A stretch of DNA of 39,673 bases from Chiloscyllium plagiosum (lineage: Eukaryota), in contig NC_057718.1 in the NCBI RefSeq assembly GCF_004010195.1, positions 3,937,477 to 3,977,149 on the forward strand, given 5' to 3'. The notes below the pieces were generated by a model, which did not search any database, was not told where the DNA came from, and saw only the letters and a program-made list of their open reading frames with translations. The stretch's first letter is position 1, and the number at the start of each line of letters is the position of its first letter. Of this stretch, positions 23,853-35,022 are shown in pieces. The position numbers and the translations under genes were made by a program.

Positions 23853-24240
23853 CAGGGTCCCACCATTAAGTGTATAGGTACTGCCCTGGTTTGCCTTACC
23901 AATGTGCAATGCCTCACATTTATCTGAAATGAACTCCATCTCGCAATCCTTGCACCACTGGCCCATCTGATCAAGGTCCCATTGGATTCTAAGATAATGA
24001 TCTTCACTGTTCACTATAACATCTATTTTGGTGTCATCTGCAAACATACTAACCATATTTCCTACATTCACATTCATATCATTTATATAAACGATGAAAA
24101 GTGGATCCAGCACCAATTCTTGTAGAACATTTCTAGGCACAGGCCTCCACCACCACCCTCTGTCTCCTCCCTTCCAGCCAAGTTTGTAACAATTTACAAG
24201 CTCCCCCAGATCCCATGTGATGTCACTTTATGAACCAATC
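23853..24240 (-). mobile_element. HER1/CR1 LINE, continuation of 13750-15102
   Basis: ORF 23784..24140: YINDM...MFADDTKI...QWDLDQMGQW...KCEALHIG. Confidence 0.85.
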
Positions 24241-24504
24241 AATCACGCAGATCCTTCCTCAGTATGAGCTGGCTGTGAATTTATTCCATTAAAGGTCTGC
24301 TTTTTGTTCCTCAGTGAGAGACATCATCACAAATCCTCCCTCTGAATTATCTTCAACTTCCAGGAGAGTTTTAGCTCCCCTTTCATTTGTTTGTGGTGTC
24401 ACATCAACCCTTACTGACAGATTTTCTTTATCTATTGCTCAGGTTCCCACACACGATAGATAGATCCAAGAAACCTGTTCCTAGAAGTGTTTGGTTTCTT
24501 GAAC

Positions 24505-25005
24505 ATGAGAACCAGGAGCAGGAATAGGCCATCTGGCCCTTCGAGCCATTCAATATGATCATGGCTGATTATTTCATGGCCTCAGCCCCACTTGCCTGTC
24601 CCCTTACCACAACCCTTAATTCCGTTACTGTTCAAAAATCTATCGATCTTAGCTTTAAAAACATGCAATAAGGAAACCTCAACTACTTCACTGGGCAGGG
24701 AATTCCACAGATTCACAACCTTCTGGGTGTAGAATTTCCTCCTCGATTCAGTCCTAAATCTGTTCCCCATTATTTTGAGGCTATGCCCACTTAGTTTCAC
24801 CCACCAATGAAAAAATTCTCTCTATTTCTATTCTATCATTTGCCTTCATAATCTTATGTTTCAATAAGATTCCCCCCTCATTCATCTGAATTCCAATGTA
24901 CATAATCCCAGTCTACTCAGTCTCTCCTCATAAGCCACCCCCCTCAATTCCAGGATCAATGTAGTGAACCTGCTCTGCACCCCCTCCCGTCCCAGTACAT
25001 CCTTT
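24505..25005 (-). mobile_element. CR1 LINE 3' end
   Basis: GHSLKIMGNRFRTESRRKFYTQKVVNLWNSLP. Confidence 0.85.
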
Positions 25006-25419
25006 AAACCTCTTTTCGACATTTTATATTTGTGGGTGAAGCCACAAGCTTTCATCTAGTCAAGCCATTTCCCAAAAGTGAGTCTACATTTATGAGACCA
25101 CGGAGGGAGGTATGTGGGTGGTGGGGATGGGGGATGGGGGGATGTGATGGGGAATTATTTGTGGGAATAGTAGGAGAAAATGAAAGGGAAATGTGGAATT
25201 GATCCAGGGGATTTAAAGTGATATGAATAATATCATGGAGAGTTGGGGAGAATGGAGTGTGAAGTGACACCAATGAAAAGGATCATGCTCCAGGGATAAA
25301 TGTTAGGAAGAGAAGTGTTGAGAATCAGGCTAATGAAGATAATTATTTGGGATAAACATTCTGCCAGCCCTTTCCTGACTTGGGGAAAAGGGAGTATGTG
25401 AGACGGATGGCAGGATTGG

Positions 25420-26392
25420 GGCCGTTGCTGATATACAGTATTTGCATCATTGCACGCCACGGGTGAGGTTTCGGAAGACTGGAGGATAGCAAGTGTTGTG
25501 TTCTTGTTCAAGAAGGGCTGCAAAGGGAAATCTGGGAACTATAGACCAATTAAGCCTAACATCTATGGTAAACAAATTACTTGAGAAGATTCTGATGGAT
25601 AAGGTGTACATGTATCTAGAAAGACAGGGTTTGATTAAGAGTAGTCAACATGGACTTGTGAGTGGGAGATCAAACCTCACAAAATGTTAGAGTTCTTTGA
25701 TAAAGTGGCCAGGAAGGTTGATGCAGGTAGGGCAGTAGATGTAGTCTATATAGATTTCAGTAAAGCCTTCGATAATGTTCCACAAGATAGACTAGGGGGA
25801 TCTGGCAAATTGGATACACAATTGGTTTAATGATGGGAAGGAGACTGTAATAGTGGAAGGATGCTTGTTGGATTGGAGGCCTGTGACTAGTGGAGTGCCT
25901 CAGGGGTCGGTCTAGGCCCATTATTGCTTGTTATCTATGTCAATGATTTGGATGAGAATGTACATGGCATGTTTAGTAAGTTTGCAGATGACAGTTCAGG
26001 TGCACGGTCCTCTGAAAGTGGAATCACACCTAGACAGGGCAGTGAACAAGGCTGTTGGCACACTGGCCTTCATCAGTCAGGGCATTGAGTAGATAAGTTG
26101 AGAAGTTATGTTGCAGTTATCCAGGACATTGGTGAGGCCGCACTTGGAGTCTTCTGTTCAGTTTTTGTCACCTTGATCTCAGAAGGATATTATTAAACTA
26201 GAAAGCGTGCAGAAGAAATTTACAAGGAAGTTGCCAGGACTCAGGGGACTGATTTATAGGGTGAGAAGATTTTTCTTTAGAGCATAGGAGACTGAGGGGG
26301 GATCTTTCAAAGTGCATAAGCATGCATGGATATTTTGGGCCGAAGTAACTGTCTCCGAGCTGTAGGACCTTATGACTCAATGATTCTATGAT
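25420..26392 (+). mobile_element. CR1 LINE remnant with internal deletions
   Basis: YIDFSKAFDNVP...SGVPQGS...SKFADD; tail tgattctatgatt. Confidence 0.8.
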
Positions 26393-26431
26393 TGGTTTGG
26401 ACAAGGTACCTGGGAGCTGGAGTACGAAGTG

Positions 26432-27196
26432 TGTTAGGACACAGGGTAAACCTCTCTGCCAACTTAAACCAGCAACATTGAAAGGATTCACCCTGTGCTG
26501 TAATCTGTTAAAATTCGAGAGGCAAAGAACTATCACAGAGGTAAATATTTGAAGTAAAAAATAATAACATTATCTTTTAAGTCCAACAGAGAATATTAAA
26601 ACTAACAACTATTTACAACTTCTTTCTCTTAAACCTATCTTTTGCTTCCCACTCTCTAATACTTGGTCGATATCAGGTCGGTTTTACCTCCCACTCAACA
26701 ATAATTGTCCAATAAAAAATTTACGAAACAATAATCAGGTTTCAAAACCAGTCAGCTTTGTTGAGTTACCTCTGTAGATTTTCCTCTGTAGATTCTCTCT
26801 CCAGGTCGGTTTTAATGTTTTGCAGTGCAAACACCTTCCCCACACAAGTACGTCTCAGTTCTTAAACTAGCTGCCTACACCTCTTGATATTTTGGCAGTT
26901 CACTCTAGCTGTTCAAAATGTCCGGTTTTATACCCAAACCATCAGATCATTTCATTGGTTTTAATATTATCAAAATACTAAATTCAAACCTGATTGGAGT
27001 TTGGTATCTTGGGACATAATTTAAACTGATTGGTCGAATTTGAATTTGTTTTTGTCTCATGGCAGCCCAGCTCCTGCTATTTGTGCCAACCATGTGTTAC
27101 ATTGTTACCTTGTTCAGAACACTTTGTGCTCTGTCAGGCAGGCCTTGCTAGCTTTCAACTTTCTTATGGATAGAGTATCGCGACACCTTCAAAACA
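26432..27196 (-). mobile_element. Solo LTR, same family as 13893-14523
   Basis: TGTTAGGA...TTCAAAACA termini; near-TSD agtg/aatg; colinear similarity to 13893-14523. Confidence 0.85.
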
Positions 27197-27419
27197 AATG
27201 TGTGTGTGAAAAGCTGGACCCGGGGTCTCTGAGCAGCCTCTGGGCACAGTCTGGCACAGGTCAGTTAGTACTCAGGTGATTACCAGTGCCAGTGAATACT
27301 CAAGGGTTCTGTATACATGGCAGTGAAAGAACTTTGAGGCTTCAGGGTCAGGATCGAGGAGAGCAGTGTCTGTAATGATCATGAGAATGGATATTGTAAT
27401 GAGATATGACAGTAAAATG

Positions 27420-28710
27420 CAGGAATAGAAGTAGGCCATTTGGCCCATCTAGCCTACTCCACCAGTCAATAGGATCATGGCTGATCTGACAACCCTCAAA
27501 CCCATTTTCCTGCCTTTCCTCCATGACCCTTGACTCTCTCACTAATTAAATCTCTGTCCATTTCAGCCTTGAATCTCCTTAATGAACCAGCCATGATAGC
27601 CCTCTGTGAGAAAGAGTTCCACAGGTTCACAACCCTCTCAGAGAAGAAATTTCTCCTTGACTCTGTTTGAAATATGTGACCCGGTATTCTGAGATTGTAC
27701 CCTCGAGTCCGAGATTATCCCACAAGAGGAAACTAGCTCTCTGCATCGACCCTATATCACGTCCTCAATATCCTATATGTCTCACTAAGTTCTTCTCATA
27801 TTCTCCTCAACCCAGATGAACACTGGCTTGACCTACTCAGCATCTCTTCATAAGAATAACTCTCCACACTCAGGATCAACCGAGTGAACCTTCTCTGGAC
27901 TGCCTCCAATGTCAGTGTATTTTTCCTCAGATAAGGGGCCCACAACAGTCCACATTATTCCAGCTCTGGTCTAACCAGCGCCTTGTATAGTTGTAGCAAA
28001 GTCTTCCTATTTTTATCCTCCATTCCCTTTGAAATAAAGGCCAACATTCCATTTTCCCTCCTTACTCTCTAATGAACTTGGATGCTAGCTCTCAGTGATT
28101 CATATACACTCTACAACCCTCCCAGTCCCTCTGTGCTGGGCTGTCAAGCAGTCTTTCCCCTCATGGGAGGCAATGACCAAGTGGGATCATCACTGGATTA
28201 TTAACCCAGAGACCCAGGGCATGTTCTGAGATGTTCTGAGACTCGATATTCAAATCCCTCCACGGAAAATGTTGGAATTTGAATTCCTTAAAAACCTGGA
28301 ATTATACATCTGTTGATTGTTCGGGAAAAGCTATCTGATTTACTGCCATCCTTACTGGTTTGGTCTACATGTGACTCCAGACTCACAGCAAAGGAGCCGA
28401 TTCTTAATTGCGCCCTGAGCCACCCTGAAAATACCACATTTACCCCAACTCTCTGTCATCCTTTAGTTATCCATTCAGCTGTCCATGCTAGCTCCAATAC
28501 CACAGACTCACATTGAATAAGTAGCCTCATGTGTGATACTTTAACAAAATGTTTTTGCAAATCTAAATATATTACATGGACTGTATCCCCTTCATCTACC
28601 CTGCTTCATACCTCATCAAAGTGGTTCTAGTAAATTTGTCTGGCATTATTTATCCTTCATGATAACATGCTGATTCTGCTGGACCATGTTATACATTTCT
28701 AAATGTTCTG
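27420..28710 (-). mobile_element. CR1 LINE remnants with an embedded LINE 3'-UTR fragment
   Basis: gtaggccatttggccc... tail and gagttccacaggttcacaaccctc motifs as in the other CR1 copies. Confidence 0.65.
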
Positions 28711-28719
28711 CCGATACTA

Positions 28720-29000
28720 TCACCATCATCACCATCATTATTATTATTGCTATTGCTGAGGATGAGCTGCCTTCTTGAACCACTGCAGTCCATGTCCTGC
28801 AGGTAGACCCATAATGCTCTAAGAGAGAGAATTCCAGCATTTTGACCCAGTGACACCGAAGGAACAGCAATATATTTCCAAGTCAGGGTGGGGAATGACG
28901 TGGTGGAGAACTTGCAGGGGGTGGAGTTCCCATGTATCTGCTGCCCTTGTCCATCCAGATGGAAGTGAATGTGGGTTTTGATCATGCTGCAGAAGAAATT
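28720..29000 (-). mobile_element. LINE 3' UTR fragment (family of 18020-19830) with (CAT)n/(ATT)n tail
   Basis: Reverse complement matches 19560-19760 (ttggaaatatattgc...gtcactgggtcaaaa). Confidence 0.65.
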
Positions 29001-29256
29001 GATGTGTCCAAAATGTTGATGAAATTCTCAACAGTTAAGAAATATTATTTAACACACTGTTTATTTAATTATTTTTGTTTATGTTGATGCATTTGGTTTG
29101 ATCTGAATCAGTCACAGATACAACTCAATGGTATAGTGTAACAACCTGTTCTCTCTGTTTAACTCAAAACCCCGACCACTCCATCAGATCCTTTCAATAC
29201 GGCAGTACAGAGAATCTGTTCTTGGGAGAATAAACTTGTTATCTTTTTCTTTAAAG

Positions 29257-29595
29257 GCATCACCGGTCCAGTCCTTATCCAATCTCCAATCCTGCAACGT
29301 GTCACCGAGGGTCACACTGCCCGGTTACAGTGCACTATGAGGAATTCTGCAGTAACACACACCGATGTTCAGTGGTACCGACTGTCCCCAGAGCAAATTA
29401 TGGAGCGGGTTTCAACACATCCAGGAAGTGGCTCTACACAATGGAGCCCAGGATTCACTGAGCGATTCCAGCCTTTCAGAGACCCCTCCGGCGTCATTCT
29501 GACCATCACAAACGTGCAGCCCAGTGACACTGGGGTCTATTATTGCTCAGTCTGGGGCTGGATCTATGGGAAAGGAAGCCAGCTCATTGTTGACA
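29257..29595 (+). CDS. Ig-superfamily V-set exon, germline-joined VJ type (copy V2); phase 1-1
   Basis: Acceptor tctttttctttaaAG (AG 29255-29256) and donor GTAAGT 29596-29601. Frame GITGPVLIQSP...LQC...VQWYRLSP...ILTITNVQPSDTGVYYC-SVWGWI-YGKGSQLIVD. 339 bp, two codons shorter than V1/V3 in the DE loop. Confidence 0.93.
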
Positions 29596-31001
29596 GTAAG
29601 TAAAGTTGACACATCAATCACCTTCAACAATAACCTTTTGCCCAAAAAACGAGTTGGAGATCAGTTTGTGATCAAGCAGATTGAGGAGATGAAAAGGAAT
29701 GATCTCGGGGATGGATTCACTGTGGGGAGGAATCTCAGGTCACGTTCAATGGGGAGTGGAGAAATGGGATTTTTTTCATGACAATGAGAGGAGGATTTTT
29801 AGTGAAATGTGGAGTTTCATCCTAGAGAACAAGTGATATTAATTTCATTTGACTCATAAGCGTGTCAGTGCCATTGCCTGGATGAGCAGAGTCAGGGAGA
29901 TTGCTCTGTGAGGTTCCCCACCCCAGGGATTGGGAATGAACCATAGAGCTTAAAGGGACACATGCATCTCTCTCTATTTGAGAGACAAATGGTTCAATCC
30001 AGGTTAAAGGGAACCACGCCGCATCAAGCACATGGAAAGGGGAGAGGCTTGCTCTCCATGAGCTCTCACAGCTGAGACTGGGATTGAAGTTGAGATGTTG
30101 TCATTATTCTGCATTATACTCCAGCCATCTGAGCCACCTGACTGGGGAAGAGTGAACATAATATTCTGGGAGTTTCCAACATAATTAACTGGAGGTTCAT
30201 GTTGAATGTTGCTGAGAGCCTGGCTTCAGTCCCCATCCTGGCTCAGGTAGGTCCTGGGGCTTTCTCTTCTACTTGCCCCATTGTGGGGGAGTGGGCAGCA
30301 AATAGCAGATCAGATGTATTGCAGAGAGATGTGAGGATACTCTGATTGGATGGACAAATTAGAGCAGCGGAGACAATTTTATGTGAAAGTGCAATTTTAA
30401 CGTGTGTGCAGGAGCAGGCGAAACTGAGAGTATACTATTTAGTCGAAAAAGAGCCATTAAATTCATAAAGTAACAACAGAACCTCTCTTTAAAGTGAACA
30501 GAAACCTACACATGATAATATATGGAGTATGACAAAACTGGAATATGGAACTTTTGGACATTTCCTTGAGAAGGAGTATTTACCACAGGATCACTTGGGT
30601 CTGAAAGATCAAAATCTGTTGTGGTTTACAAAATTCAAATGAATTCTTAATGAAGCAAGGATACTAAGAATAGAGAAGAAATTGGTTTTATTGCTAAGCT
30701 GCTGGACTGACTGATTTTGAATACAGCTCAGTAACAGTTTCTGGGTTCAGGTAACTATATGCCTTCACAGATCAAAAGGAGAGCAGCTGAAGCAAAATTG
30801 TCAAACTGACCGAAAACAGTGAAAAAAAAATCCATTAGTTCTGATAAAAAGAGAAAAAATCTTCAAGCAGGATCAGCTGCATGATTTCTTCCTCTCAGTC
30901 AATAGAAGACAAGGAAAAAGATAATGTTTCCAATATCAGGGTTTCAGACTATTTCCTATTGGAATTTGAAATATGGTCAGAAGATCTCCCATCAATATAT
31001 A

Positions 31002-31308
31002 AGATTACTTACAGTGTGGAAACAGGCCCTTCGGCCCAACAAGTCCACACCGACCCGCCGAAGCGCAACCCACCCATACCCCTACATTTACCCCTTTAAC
31101 CTAACACTACGGGCAATTTAGCATGGCCAATTCACCTGACCCGCACATTTTTGGATTGTGGGAGGAAACCGGAGCACCCGGAGGAAACCCACGCAGACAC
31201 GGGGAGAACGTGCAAACTCCACACAGTCAGTCGCCTAAGTCGGGAATTGAACCCGGGTCTCTGGCGCTGTGAGGCAGCAGTGCTAACCACTGTGTCACTG
31301 TGCCGCCC
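31002..31308 (-). mobile_element. HE1 SINE (young, CpG-rich)
   Basis: Reverse complement GGGCGGCACAGTGACACAGTGGTTAGCACTGCTGCCTCACAGCGCCAG... Confidence 0.92.
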
Positions 31309-31531
31309 ATAACTTCCAGGAATCATCCTCATTGAAGGAACTTTGAGAAGCTAGCACATTCTACCACCTGAAGTGAGTTCCTTACCCCCCTGGGATGGTT
31401 GTTCTTTCAGACTTTTTTTTTTAAAACAGCCCAAACTAATTCTGCAGAGCCATGTTGCCTTGTCTGTAAATCAATGTATGTTTGAGGTTAATGGAAAATG
31501 GTTTAATCCCAAAAAGAAATGTTGTTGCTAA

Positions 31532-32276
31532 TGTGATGAAGTTGAAGGAATGTACTATACCTTTAAGAGAGACTGAATGCTGTTCTGAATTGAGAACTTA
31601 AAAGCACCTGGGTAATATGACTAGAAGGCAGTCTCAGAGTGTACTGGAAAATTGAAAACACATAACATTTGGCTGTGAAATTGATACCTAAGTTGGTTAC
31701 TGTTTTGACAACAATTCAAATGTAATCAATCAGTTTAAATTATGCCCCAAGATAAGAAAACTGTATCGAGTTTTTTTTAGATTCCCTACAATGTGGAAAC
31801 AGGCCTGTCTGCCCACCAAGTCTACACCAACCCTCCGAAGAGTAACCCACCCAGATGCATTTCCCTCCAACGAATGTACCTAACACTATGGGCAATTTAG
31901 TATGACCAATTCACCTGACCTGCACATCTTTGGACTGTGGGTGGAAACCAGAGCACCCGGAGGAAACCCCGCAGACACCGGGAGAATGTGCAAACTCCAC
32001 ACAGACAGTTGCCCGAGGCTGGGATCAAACCTAGGACCCTGGTGCTGCGATGCAGCAGTGCTAACCACTGAGCCACTGTGCTGCCCATGTTTTTATTTTG
32101 CCAACATAGAACCAATGAGACAATACAATGTTGGAGATATTAAAATGCAGACATTTTGAAAATTGGATACGGAGAAGCTGCCATTGCAAGAGAGCCAAGA
32201 AATTCCAAAATACTGATATCGAAGGTACCTTTTCACATGAAATATGTTAAAGAAGGGTTCACCGCTGTGTTGTAAT
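31532..32276 (+). mobile_element. Diverged solo LTR related to the 13893/26432 family, opposite orientation, with an HE1 insertion
   Basis: tgtgatgaag...aattcaaa..aatcagtttaaattatgccccaagata...aaccaatga match the reverse complement of 14250-14523. Confidence 0.65.
31778..32086 (-). mobile_element. HE1 SINE
   Basis: Highly similar to 388-704. Confidence 0.9.
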
Positions 32277-32649
32277 GCAAATCACATTTTCTGCTTGTTT
32301 AAACAATCAGTCTTGAACATAATAAATAAATTATTTTTGAGGTCATTAATTAAACTGCTTTTCTTTAAAACTTTGGATCGGCAGACAGAAGAGAGACAAA
32401 TTGGCTCTATTGTTGATTCAGTGTTACATTTAGTACAGCTCGTAGTTTATTGGTGCTTGATTATGAGTGCACTCTCTCCATTAGAGTCTAAACACTGAGA
32501 TGTGAGATGTATGGTTTCTATATGATGTTAATATTACCTTGTTTGGAATTTGGATTTTGAACTAGTGGCATGTAGGTTTTGGTCTTTGTGTGTACAACAG
32601 GATTTAAAGATCAAAATGTCAATATTTCTGAAGTTATAATTTCTAAGTA

Positions 32650-32885
32650 CAGTAATGCTTATTTTTTTCCCAGCACTCATGTTGTGTGTGTGTGCAGTTG
32701 TAGGACACAGTGTATAACAACAGGTGTGTAAATCTTTATTTGTATTCCACCACCAGGAAGAAAGGAAACACCTGAGTGGCCAGTGACAAGCAATGCCCTT
32801 CTCATTTAAAGGGCAATGCTGTGTGATCAAACAAGTGATGAAGAGGCCATCAAAATAGAGTTGGAGGGGGAAATAAAACACTCTC
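32650..32885 (-). mobile_element. Tx1-family 3' end fragment (third copy)
   Basis: gcttattttttt.ccagcac.catgttgtgtgtg...caccaccaggaagaaaggaaaca..gtggccagtgacaag matches 23560-23730. Confidence 0.8.
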
Positions 32886-33219
32886 TGGTATCTGTATTGT
32901 GTAAAGCGTTACTGTTGGGATATTTTGCTGTGTGTTTCAAAGCCTTTAAAATAGTGTTTTATGCATATAGCTTGCTTCATTATATTTATTCAGCTCTATT
33001 TGCACAAAAAAATCACTTCATAAAACTCATAAAATATATTCACCTCTTGTTGAAACCAAGTCTGCTGCATTGTGTGTTTCTTTCTCAGTGAAACACCTGC
33101 TAGTTTTATACAAAAAAGAATCCAAACCAGATTTCAGTCTGGAATCAAACTTGACATCAAGTGGGACCACAACAACCACCAATCAAAGTGATTGTGACTG
33201 TTCCCCTTGGAGAAGATCT

Positions 33220-35022
33220 ATCACTAACATTAAGCAGGAAAAGGGAAGGAAACACACACAAAGAAAGGAAAGTGCTAGAAAGACCAGAAAAAGGTTAAAA
33301 AAAAATGTTATCCAACCTGCAGACAAAGGACACTTGACAGTCATTTTAAATCCAAGAGACTAAATTGAGAAAGTGAATACATTATTTTCAGATACTAACA
33401 CTTACTAACAAATGGCGTTAGACCTGACCCCACAACTAGAGAACTGAACCATAGCCCACTTAAAAAAAAACTTCAGAAATCTGGAGAAATAAAGAAGACA
33501 ATTTCCAAAAAATGAAACCAGATGGATCCAACATACCATGCTTCTACGGATTACCCAAAATTCACAAACCAGGAGCCACCCCCCTACCTCAGACCCACAA
33601 GTCTTGCTATCTAGAACACCAACTTACAGATTAGACAAGAAGCTACACCAAAGACTAAAACACTTATTAGAAGACTCACACCACTCCATCCACTCCACCC
33701 AAAAATTCCTGAAAAGCATCAAAGACACAAAGATAGAAGAGGATGAAATAATGGTCTCCTTTGACGTAACAGCCCTGTTCACATCCATCAACATCAACCT
33801 GACCAAGGAAATACTGACTACATTATTAGAAGAACCAAAGACACATACATCAAACACCACCAACTTCATCAGTAAGGAAAGTATCGTTAAGCTAGTGGAC
33901 CTATACCTTACTACCCACTTCATCTTCAACAACAAACATACAGACAAACCAACGGAACACCCATGGGATCTCCGATATCAGGTACTTAATAGAAGCAAAC
34001 TCAAACAAACGGCTCTGCCAAATATCCAACCCATCCACTACATGGATGATACCTTTGTCATCATGAAACAAAACAAATTAGAGGAAACCTTCAAAACCAT
34101 CAATATTAATCTTACTGGCATCAAATTCACTAAAGAAGAGGGAAACAACAACAAATTGCCATTCCTAAATCTCGCAATGGGGAACTTCAAACCAATGTCT
34201 ACAGGAAAACAACACATATGGACCAAATACTGAACTACAGAAGCAATCATCCCAACACCCACAAAAGAAGTTGCATTAGAACATTATTTCAATGAGCCAC
34301 TACATACTGCAGCATAGCAGAACTACAAAGAGCAGAGGAAAATCACCTACACAGTGTATTCAAAACGAACAGGTACCCAATGAACACAGTCTGCAGATTT
34401 CTCAGCAACAAACCCAAACAAGCAGATAAAACACCTCCAGAAACCCTAGCCACTCTCCCCTATATTAAAGACATCTCAGAAATGACTGCCAGACTACTCA
34501 GACCTCGTGGCATCATGGTAGCCCATAAACCCACCAACACACTAAAACAGCAGCTAATGAACTTGAAAGCCCCTATGCAGACAACAAGCAAAACTAATGT
34601 CATTTAAAAAATATCTTGCAAGAACTGTAACAAACACTACGTTGGACAAACAAGTAAAAATCTAGCCACCAGGATACATGAACATCAACTAGCCACAAAA
34701 AGATATGACCCACTCTCACTAATATCCTTATGTACAGATGAGGAAGGACACCACTTCAACTAGGACAACACATCCATCCTAGGACAAGCCAAACTGAGAA
34801 AGAGAACAGGAAATGACATCACCACAGGAAATGACATCACCAATGCAAGGAAGTCTAAATACATAAATAGAAAGCAGGCCATGCTACCAGTGCTTCATCC
34901 AGAGACTCGCTGATGATGTTACCTAGTATGTTGATGAAATGTCTGAAAACAAACCTTCCAGCTCAGCGAGCAAACGTACATCCAGAACCTCAACCTGAGT
35001 TACAGACCTTCTCAAAACTTGC
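33220..35022 (+). mobile_element. Penelope-like element (AT/AC-rich family): RT and GIY-YIG endonuclease, frameshifted
   Basis: PADKG; MVSFDVTALFTSI; YMDDTFVI; LPFL; NVI*KISCKNCNKHYVGQT (GIY-YIG). Confidence 0.9.

Larger units (their letters stand above)
30617..33174. mobile_element. Candidate long solo LTR with nested SINEs, an LTR and a Tx1 fragment
   Basis: 9-bp terminal inverted repeat TGTTGTGGT (30617) ... ACCACAACA (33174); no clean TSD. Confidence 0.45.

Noticed and set aside
24263-24300. ATG AGC TGG CTG possible leader for V2
   Set aside because: In-frame TGA at codon 5 and a weak donor.
26393-26431. J-segment-like WFGQGTWELE reading
   Set aside because: No upstream RSS (a LINE tail abuts it), wrong spacing after GT and no splice donor at the expected position; probably chance.
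30095-30150. MLSLFCIILQ... possible leader exon for V3
   Set aside because: Appears to be part of a degenerate reverse-strand tRNA-type SINE head; the hydrophobic run is short and there is no convincing phase-1 donor.
32275-32282. Ig octamer ATGCAAAT (others at about 10529, 25440 and 37481)
   Set aside because: All lie within or at junctions of LTR/LINE remnants and none is followed by a leader exon.
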